In this document: positions 53,930-64,000 of the stretch, in pieces
Position numbering within the stretch: position 1 is the first letter of the stretch
Layout of the letters: each line of letters opens with the position of its first letter
Source of the DNA: Dimorphilus gyrociliatus
Taxonomy: Eukaryota > Animalia > Annelida
Direction of reading: 5' to 3'
DNA: 64,000 nucleotides
NCBI GenBank assembly: GCA_904063045.1
Contig: CAJFCJ010000002.1
Span: 4,540,475-4,604,474 of the forward strand
The notes under the pieces: generated by a model
Told to the model about the DNA's origin: nothing
The model's input: only the letters and a program-made list of their open reading frames with translations
Database searches by the model: none
Position numbers and translations under genes: made by a program

Positions 53930-54470
53930 GATTAAATGGCGTATTATCACTCGCTACTCGATTTGCTATAGTGCTTTTCTGTCTAAGCTCCAAATAACGG
54001 GACTCTCTAAACTGCGTTTCGGAAAAAAGAAAATACTGCATTATACTCCAATTTGTTACCCAAAAAGTTTTTAAAGCTGACGTACAATTATAATTATAAG
54101 TTGACCTTTTCGAAAGTTATTTATTCTATTAAACAGAGATTCATTTTAGTGACAAGCTGCATAATTCATAATTTTTTTATTTATGCATTAGATTTATTAT
54201 ATTTGAAAACAGGAATTAAATGCACAAAAATTTTCGTTTGTAATCTCAAGCAATTAAAACAGCTAAATTTAAAGCGGTAAAATCATTCGTTGCTTGTATT
54301 TGTTTTTCTTTCTGCAACTTAAAAACAGGCAAAATCTGCTAATAAAAAAAGCACCATACTAAACTGGTACAACATCAAAACATCATGACTAAAGATGGAT
54401 TATTTACAGTGATTCTAAAATACTGCAGTTCTTACAAAAAAACTGAAAAGTAAAGGTAAACAATTGCAGG

Positions 54471-57400
54471 TTACGACTCTTCAGCATTTAAAAGCTCATA
54501 AGTATCTGATCGTTTTAAGGAGCAAGGTGCTCCAGGAGGTGTCGTTTCATTATAGCATCTAAGTTTATACTCTAATTCTTCATTATTCATAGAAAGTCTC
54601 TTATTAGCTTTACTTTCTTTTTCAAACTTTCGTAAAAGTTTCTGATGCTTGTCTACAATATCTTTTTCGTACTCGGCTTTCATTTCTATAATTGCTTGTT
54701 TATTTTCAACATCTCTCTTTAAATCTTCGACTTTCCGCCTCAAAATTTCTAGCTCTTCTAAGCGACTTTCGTATCTAGCAATTTTTTGTCTTTGAGCGGA
54801 TATTTCTTCATTTTTCATGTCTAATACAGCTTTGAGACTACGTATTTCATCGGGTAAATGCTTATACTTGGCTAAAGCACTTTGTACTTTCATATGGGCA
54901 TTTTGTTCGCTTTCTTGTAGGTAGCTCTTCTCTCTATTCCGTAAATCTTCGCACTCTCGTCGTAAGTAGTCGACCTTTTCCTAAAAAGAAATAGTTAAAT
55001 TATTCAACAAGTTGAAGCAGATAAGAAAAAATTCAAAGGTGAAGTTGTGCACCACAACCTCGGAAATTTGCGTTCCCGGCAATGATTGCTTTTATTGAAG
55101 CGAATCAATTATTTATAGAAGGAGAGGTTAAAATAGTTAAAAGCTATTAAGAAGTTAAAGATAATCTATGCATAGATAGATGATAATAGTATCTTAAAAA
55201 CATATTTACACTAATATATATATTTTCTGCTTATATATTTTGCTTGATTTTGGGTAAAATTTATGACTAAAGTGTTCAAAAGTATTATTATAAGAAAATT
55301 ATAAGGAGACAGAATTTTTCGTTTAATAATACTTTTCATTCACTTGAAATTTAAAACATCTTTGCATAATAAATAAGAATAGCCTGATAAATGTATTTAC
55401 CTAGATTTTGGGATATATTGATCCTATTTCTCTTTTACCTTGCTTAAATGCAAATACTTGGGTATTTAAGAAAGGTTGAAGTATATTTTTATTATATTGC
55501 AAATCATTTATACAGTTTTTGGGGTTGTTGTTGTTTTTTTTTTGATAATTTATGTTGTTGCTTTATATATAAAAAAATCATTGACGAAAACGTCGAAGGT
55601 GAAAAAAAATAAAAGTTATAACTTAAAAAAATATTCTATAAAAGTACCGATTTCTTTTTATAATTAACTCTTAACAGCTCCAATTTTTCCTGGAATTTTT
55701 TTTCATTGAATAGATATTTTTAAAACAAGCAAAAAAAAAGAAATAAAAATTTGTTAGAAAACAAATAACAATAATTAAAATTTTGCTGAAAAGATTAATT
55801 TAGAAAATAGATTTGATTTTGATTATAAGCAGCAACATTATTAAAGCATCTTTATATTTTTTTCTTATAGTTTGAAGAGTTATATTCTAATATAGAATTA
55901 TTATATTTCTTTTTATATTAAGCTATTATTCTTACCAAAATGCCAGTTTTGTCATTATTCTATCAAAATTTTATTTCATATTATAAAATATAATAGCTAA
56001 AGTTTATTTACTTACTGATAAATTGATTTTAATGGTTTCAAAGCACCCGGCCATCTCTGATAATTTCGTTTCGTGAGTGGCGTGTAATTCTATAATTATT
56101 TCATATAATTACTTGTAAATGCACATCTTTTTTATTTAATTTTACCTGCAATGATATTTTCGTGTTCTGATTGCATAGCGGTTAGGAGAATATTGTGATC
56201 ATCGTCGAAATCTTGTAGTTTCTGCTTATATTCTACTTCTTGCTCTTGCAACTGAAAGTTTATATTGCAAATTATTTTACATAGAAACTAGATGTCATAT
56301 TTGTGAATGTAGTATATACTTACTTCATTTTGATGGTGCACTTTAACTTGCTGAATTTCTAATTGATGACTTTTAGTGGCTGTAATATACATTTTAATAA
56401 AATTTCTTACGGTATTGAAACATTTTTAAAACTTACAATCTTCAATTAAACTTTCTAATTCTGTTATTCGATCTTGTAATTCTGTTATTTCTAAATGATG
56501 ATTATTCGATATTTCTGTTCTTTCTTCTTCAAATTCGTTCTTAATTTGTTCTATTTCCGTATATAACTCATCTCTTTCGGTTTTTATGGCCTCTGCAAAA
56601 TTGATAATGATTCAAAAAATTGTTTCTTTTAATAGTATACTCTATAATGAATTACTAACCACCAAAATTTCTGATTCTTTCATTATCACAATTCGATTCA
56701 TCAAGCTGGTTAGATGAAAACATAATCAACATAATATATTTTTTCTTATATATATTATATTAAAATATACCTTAAGTTGTAAAAATTGAAGAAGAACAGC
56801 AAATACAGAAAAGCCTCTATTTGAATGTTGTAAAATCTTTTGGGAATCAACAATCATTTTTTCTCTATCTGCAAGGATCTTTTCTAATTTCTTCTTTTCT
56901 AACTTTAAATTTTCTGCGTAAAAGAAAATTTTTACCATTAAGAATTTATTATTTACATTTAATTTCTAAACTGAAAAGAAAATATTTAATAATAAAAATA
57001 CCTGCGATCTTAGCATGATCTTCTTTCTTTAGCGGAGGATTGTTAGAATGAGGCATTGAGGACCTTCTCTTTTGACGTGCAGCAGCGGAAACTATTTTAA
57101 ATAGAAGACAAATTAATTTAATTGTTAAAAATTTACAAAAATACTTTGCTTACTGGATGTATTACTTGATGCGGAAGGAGGGCCTTTACTGGTATTCCTT
57201 GTTGAGAAAGAACCTCTTGAACTAACAGAATTCCGGGATGCTTGGGAATCTACACTGGTTGTAGAATTATTAATATTTCTTTGCTTTAAAGTAGGTGTTT
57301 CTTTAGATATTCCCAAAGATAGCCGTCTATTTTGTGCATCTTTCTTCACAGGCGTTGATGTTTTTAGTCGAGTGAAGGAGGCGTTTGATGAATTATCAGA

Positions 57401-58831
57401 TAGTGTGCTAGAGTTTAATTTTATCGGTGGAACTTTAGGTGTAATTGAAGTTCTCTTTACAACAGGAATTTGAACGGGTTTCTTTGTGGTGACTTTGGGA
57501 GGAGGTACACTAGGTCTCTTAAAAGTAGGATTTTTGGCTGGTGGTATCGAACTTTTCTTTGGTATAGGTTTTTCATCTTTTTTCGGAATGGTTTTAACTT
57601 GGGGTTTACGTAAACTATTGGTTTTCTTCTCTGCAGTTTTCTTTGGCTTTTCCGGACTGGAATGTTTCACATCTTTTCCAATACAGTTTTCTTTATCATT
57701 TGACGAACTGCTACTTTCATGTTGCATTTGAATAACATCATATGTGACTTCCAACTGCTGGGTCGAAAAATCGACAGAAACTGAGAAATCCGAGTGATGC
57801 GACATTTGTATGACATCTACAGTTGCCTCTTCCTTCAAGGATTTATCCTTTTCTTTTTCAGTTTCTAACTCCTCCACTTTATCAATAGCATCCGAGACAA
57901 TAGTGAAAGTTGCATTATTCGAATTGATATTTGGGGATAATTCTCCTTGATAACCTGTATCGGTTGAAGAAACTAGAGAGACTGGACAATCTTGCAGAGT
58001 TGCAATTTTAGACTGGGTAAGTGGCGGTAAATCACATTGATAGCCAGTATCACTACTTAAGACAAGTTGATCATGCTCTTTGGAAGTAGTAATAGAACTA
58101 GTAATAGAACGCGGATGAACAGCAGAAAGATGCATACTTGAAACAACATCATCCTGATAACCGGTATCCGTGCTAGCGGTTAATATAGCGTTTGCTTCGC
58201 TAACGTCAGAACTTTTTTCCATTGACTGAATATTTGGAGGAAATTTGTCACGACATTCACTAGGGTCTTCACTACTACCAGCGGATGGATCATCGACTTT
58301 GGTGATCGTTGTATTTTTCTTTTTTCCTTTGGTATCAGTGCGTTTTTCGACTTTAGATTCACTAGTTGTTGCCCCAGTTGCAACAGACTTTTCTTTATCT
58401 TTGGAGTCTGTTTGATTCTGTCGGAGTTTAGAGGAACGAAGACCCATCGACAATCGACTCTGATAAGACGATTGGTTTTGTCTTGCCCTCTTAACTTCTA
58501 CTTCCTCCTTCTTCTCCATAGTGACTTTACTCACAGGAGCAAAAATACCAAAATTATCTTCACAGTTGAAGTAGGTAACACCTTCAACGCTTCCATTGTT
58601 TTTACCAATTTTTTCATCTAATTCAATGCCACACCATTCACCCTGAGCAAATTTTGTTTTACCAAAATATTTCAGAATACCCGATTTTGTACCAGATATT
58701 CGTACTCTGTCTCCAATTTTAAAGCCTTGGGTAGTGGAAATGGAGTTTTGAGGGAGAGAAGTAGGTGCAGGAAGTAAGGATTTACGTTTTCTACCACTAT
58801 TCGAGGCGCTGCTGCTTCCCTGTTGGGATTT
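54471..58831 (-). CDS. CAP-Gly domain + Ser/Thr/Lys-rich linker + C-terminal coiled coil resembling MTUS1/MTUS2/CCDC69
   Basis: CAP-Gly FKIGDRV...GILKYFG.TKFA.GEWCGIELD...GKNNGSVEG..YF.C....GIFAP. Short coiled-coil exons at 56140-57090 include GFSVFAVLLQFL, and the terminal exon has ANKRLSMNNEELEYKL. The 5' end is open at an acceptor near 58832. Confidence 0.82.
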
Positions 58832-59638
58832 CTTTTTTGTCAACATATACAAATTATAAATAGATAATATATATAAGGTTTATATTATAGAAAAATAAAA
58901 TAAAGGTAATTTATAAAAATAATCAATGTGTTCGTATAAAACACACAATATACTCCAAAAAAAATCATTAAATACACTTCATTCACTTGTAAATCGTTAT
59001 CACTTTACATAGCTTTTTAACAGTTACAATTATAATACTAGAATAGAAATATTTAATTCTATTTTTTAGTTAAGTGCCAAAAGAAAACGATAAATGCATC
59101 TTATATGAAATATTACGGTCCATTGCACCATCTTAAAAGAATAATAAGCTTATCAATTTTTTTACACCGTCCCCAACAATTCAACAGGTAAACTCCCTCC
59201 CTTTTAAATTTAAGGTCAATGTCCTGATTACAAAATTATTAACTAAATAAAATATCGAATATTAAACATTTATTAGAGAGATCAGGATATATAAAAATAG
59301 TGATAAAATTTGTAATAAATCAATCCAAGAAACTAATAGCAAAAAAAATACTCTACTCTGATCATAAATATAATCTTAAGATAAAGTTCTTAAAAAGAAT
59401 TACAAAACGTATACAACATAATTATTTAGTGTTATTATCATTATTATTATAATTAGCTAATTAATTAAAGAAAGTATTGCTACAGAGATTGACGAGTACT
59501 TCTTCACCGATTCAAGTATTTAATTAAAACAAATAACATTATTTACCTATGTAAATGGAAATATTCTGTATATTAATCTATTCCAGTAGGATATTTTTGA
59601 GATTGGCAAACAATGGAGAGAGTATAAAAGTGAATGAA

Positions 59639-59660
59639 AGAGAGAGAGAGAGAGAGAGAG
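59639..59660. repeat. (AG)n microsatellite
   Basis: Run of about 11 AG units. Confidence 0.9.
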
Positions 59661-61366
59661 AAAAAAATGTACTTTTTTTTCCTATAAAAAAACAATTCAC
59701 GTGTAGTTTTAATATGGTGAATAAATATAGTATAAATTGAGCTTAACCTACTATATTGCTACGTAAACATTTGTAATATAAAAATATTCTTCTCTACGCA
59801 TTAACATAAAATTGAATAATAAACTACGAATTTTGTTAAAAGCATATTATTGTTATTTTATATAATACTATAATTATAATTAGTGGTAATAGGGGGAAAA
59901 AAGAAAACATGCTTAAGTTTATTTTGCCTTAGGGTGGGGAAAGTTGTTTCGAAGAGAATAAAAAAATATATGAAAGATGTAACATTGAGTGTATTTATAT
60001 ATATATATATATATAAATTTTTTATAGTATATAGTCGAATAAGTCAAAGGCATTTGCTGCTTTAGATTATATATTAATAATAGATAATAGGGTGAAGTTT
60101 CTTTAATAACTTTGAACTATATTTAATGTAAAATATTACCGAAAAAAGGACTCTAAAACAAACAGATTGTAGGAAATAAAATACTCTTAAATAAATATGA
60201 ATATTTTTAGTTATTCTTTGTTAAATACGATAATAATTGAGTACATATAAAGAAGAGAATATTTAAAGAACTAAAATAATACGTAATTGATCAATATGAG
60301 TAAAAAATGATCAACGATTTTTCGCATTAGGTCAGCGAAATCCTAGAAATTTTCAGATGGTACATAGAGTTAAATCATAGCAATCATTGATGATTTTAAG
60401 ACGAAAATATTACAAACCGTTATCTTATAGAGCATATCTTATCGACTAAATACATCCACGCAATAAAATCAGGCCGAAAAATGATTAAAATCATAGTTTC
60501 TAGGGGGCTAGGCCTGTAGAATTATTACAATGTACAATGCAAAAACGTCACAGGAAGCGCTTCGTGACAGAACGGAATAAACATGTTCTATGTTACAATC
60601 ATCTAGTCCTTTTTGCCTGTCAACTTGATTTTCATCTCATTTATTTCCTAAATCAATACACCGTCTGGTTTATAGCTACAAAAAATCAATAAATTGTCAG
60701 CTGCCGTTCATACTTCAATGAAGGTTTAATTTCATCTTTATCCGACAATTTTTTGCTTAATTACATCAGAATTATTGTAAATAACATGTATTGTATATGC
60801 TATAGGATCCAGAGTAAAAGGTATATTACCAAAGAAATATGTACAATACAGTCGGTTGTTAATAAAATACAATTTTACTATAAGAGATAAATAAAAAACT
60901 ATATCGATTTAAATTATGTTACATTAATTTAAAGAAAAATAAAACTTATCTTGAAATATGGTACCCTTACCTTATCACTAAATTAGAAGTTAGAAGCTGC
61001 TCATAGTTAACCTGACTAATTTTATGCAGAAGAAAGTCTGTTTCCTCGCTCGAATGCATAGATATCAATCATTTCTTATCGTATAATAAAAGCTAATTAA
61101 TTGAACATCAGATTATTATCGTAGAATATTCAAATTGACAAAAGTTTAATGAAATTTAGCTTGAAAATCAATTATAACCTTAACACTTTCAGTAAGAGAT
61201 CAATGACCTTAATGTACACACACGCACTACTTAACACACCGTTCTAAATCCAAAATACATAGGCCTTTGACCTAAATTCCTTCAAAATTTCCCCCCGGAA
61301 AAATTATTCTAGTCCTGTTATAGTTTAGAATCTCGAAAAATATCTGCAAAATAAAAAGAAACAAAC

Positions 61367-61522
61367 CGAATCGCTTGAATCCGATAGTAATTCAAAATGC
61401 TCAAAAACATCCAAATAAGGATTTTCCTGCTTATCCGGTGAATTTGGTACAATTTGTATATTAACAAGATTTAAATGAGTTTGTTCAAACTCTTCTGACC
61501 AAATAAAACCATCATCTTCCAT
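61367..61522 (-). CDS. Candidate first coding exon (52 aa, acidic) of the CAP-Gly/MTUS-like gene
   Basis: ATG at 61522; acidic sequence MEDDGFIWSEEFE...SDSSDS ends at a phase-0 donor (TCG|gtttgt) compatible with the phase-0 acceptor at 58832, implying a ~2.5 kb intron. Confidence 0.5.
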
Positions 61523-63652
61523 GATTGCAGTATATTTTATATAGTCCTTTTTTTAGACTCCTAGCATAGTCTTCAATAGAAGCTAATTTATGCTTTTTTA
61601 TATAGTCATAAATAATTTTTCCTTTTCAAAAAGAAAACATCAAATCTTCTTAAAAATAAAAAAAAACTACAAAAACGAAATCAATGCAACACATATTGCA
61701 GTAGTTAAACTAAAATTTGCAGAGGTGGTTTGCAGGGAAGTAAACATATCAACTTTTCTTCTACTCCAAACTAAAAAATTCCAGGCATTGGTTAACTTTT
61801 TACGTCAAATAGTCGATCTAGAAAAGTCTTATTTTCTCAGTTCTACTGATTCAGATTATGTTCCTTTTTTGTTTTAGTTAAGATCTATCTATATATAAAT
61901 ACATATTCTTTACTCGATTACAGCAACCTTTATTCGCCTAAAGTAACTAAGATATATATTGAATTTTCGATTTTCTGAGCGCCATCTAACAGTTCAACTG
62001 GAAAAGTTTTGGCCTATGAACAGAGGATTAGAATAACAAATGTACTGTTCACAATGCCCCATGGGCTGAAAATGGATCGCTAAAAGTTTGTAAATTTAAT
62101 ACCACTCTTAAAAACAAACTTGGCAACTTCTATTATAAATAAAACGTATAGTTTCATTTAAAATTGATTAATATTAATATTACATTAGTATTTCATTTAT
62201 CTGCAAAAGAATTGGCAAGTGTAATTTTGATAAGAAGAGTACATAGCTTTGTGACCGTGATATAGTCAAGTTCTAAAAAAGATATAGTAATACCTTTATT
62301 AGTTTTGAAAGAAAAAACTAAACAATTCAAGTATATTGATACTTGAAAGAAAACAATTGTTTTCAAAGTTTTCAAACAGCCCATACGACCGTCTCTTGTT
62401 TACATTTACTAACTTTAAGTAAATAACTTATAATAAAATATTCAATTTTAACCCCAATTGATATCTCTTTACGAATATTAGAATATTGAATATATGTCAT
62501 ACTTAACGACGTACTATTAACAAATTAGTTACGTATTATCGTTCAATGTACTATTGTAGTTGCAATTAAAAGCTTAAGTAGAGTAATATCTTTCATAAAG
62601 TCATGTTACAGATATTTAACTAACATATGTCAGATATCTAAAGTGAGAGATAATGCTTTTGTCTTGCAACATGTATGTTTTGTTGGTAATATAAAAAAAC
62701 AGTTTGTACGCCAACAGAAGCAATAGTTTACAGGAAATTTTCAGTTGTTTATAGATATTTTCGAAAACATATTTTCAATGAAAGCAACAGTATATGTTTA
62801 ATATTTCGATCAATAGCTTAAAATCTGGACAAATCAATCTACGTTTTAAAATATTTCATTGGGTACTCATCTTGTTTTTTAGACATTTAAAATTGTCGAT
62901 TCGCCTGTTTGGCATTCGAAACAGACGTAAACCATATAATAAATAATTTTTAAGGCCCTAGATGATCGTAATTTTTACATTGAATTATTTTGAATTGATG
63001 TAGTTAGCATAACACTTATTTTACGTATTGAAAACCGCTAAGCGAAAAAAAGACACACGCGAAAATAAACTACTCCCGCCTAAAATACAAACATAGTACA
63101 ATTTGCTAAATAAGAAAATTTACTCAATACATACCATCATCTATCAGATTTGGAAAAATGTCTTCAAATGATGTTTTTTAATATAATTCGTAAAATTTAA
63201 GTCGTCTTTTGTAAAATAACATTGATGTGAATTACTTTCTCTTTGGTATTGCTAAAACTAGCTCGTAATACGTGACATAACTTTCGAACATTTAACGGAA
63301 TATTCTTCCGAGGTTTCCTTATCGCCTAGACAACCAAATAACTAATCATAAATATACACAGATAGGGCTAGATAATCATTTTTAAATATAAACTTTTAGG
63401 CTATTTATTGACAAAATCTGTTACTTTAAAATAAATATATAATATTTATGGAAATTGACACGTTGCGTAAATTATTTCGAATGCTTATTTTTTTATTGTG
63501 CTTGGGGATTTTATCAAATAGAATAACACTATTCAAAAAATCATTAAGGGTTATATAATTAATAAGTAGTATAGGTGTAGATAAAATAGATTCCTATATA
63601 TGTAAATAAGTATTGATTTACATTTTCTATTTAAACCACTGTAGAGATAGAC

Positions 63653-63670
63653 TATATATATATATATATA
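63653..63670. repeat. (TA)n microsatellite
   Basis: TA run. Confidence 0.8.
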
Positions 63671-64000
63671 TTTATATATTCATATATAAATGATTTTTAG
63701 TTTTGAATAAAATTGAATATGATATCCTATCATTTTGTTCAAATCATTGTAATTTTATTTTCTATTGTTAGGTGTAAAATTCAGCCTAGAATTATCTATT
63801 AATTGTCAAGGACATTTCAGGCTTCTTAATAATTCGCTGAATATCATCGATTTATTATGATAGTATTTTTATTACATGATAAGCTACAACGTTTCATTTT
63901 TCAATAGATATGTTATTACAATATTATATAGAAATTCTCTTTATAGCTTCCCTATATGTATAAATGATATTGTCCATTAAATGAAACTTAAATGAACCAA

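Noticed and set aside
59555-60065. ORFs 59555 and 59883
   Set aside because: They span AG and TA microsatellites and have no coding-like composition.

Overview
Eukaryotic (animal) genomic DNA, very AT-rich and gene-dense, with about 20 protein-coding genes in 64 kb and many 41-100 nt GT-AG introns. This style resembles a compacted invertebrate genome such as a miniature annelid; the taxon is my inference and was not verified. I assembled gene models by hand from the ORF track and splice signals. In order they are: two tail-to-tail class A GPCRs; a head-to-head ARF4/5-like and ARL8 pair; ENGase (GH85); a GTSE1-like mitotic candidate; a run of five co-oriented cell-surface genes (degenerate LRR protein, receptor guanylyl cyclase with an antisense orphan gene nested in an intron, EGF/FN3 membrane protein, type I membrane trypsin, type II SEA + ~23 LDLa receptor); NCBP1; APEX2; RBM15/spenito; exportin-T; Artemis; KXD1; an ASTE1/FAM120-like PIN protein; and a CAP-Gly + MTUS-like microtubule protein. 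I saw no convincing tRNA, rRNA, CRISPR array or intact transposon. The most unusual items are the 'inverted LDL receptor' (N-terminal FxNPxY, TM, SEA, mucin stalk, ~23 LDLa, no protease domain) sitting next to a C-terminally anchored trypsin with a PPxY tail, the nested orphan gene, the CLEAR/M-box cluster at ARL8, and the CAP-Gly/MTUS fusion.
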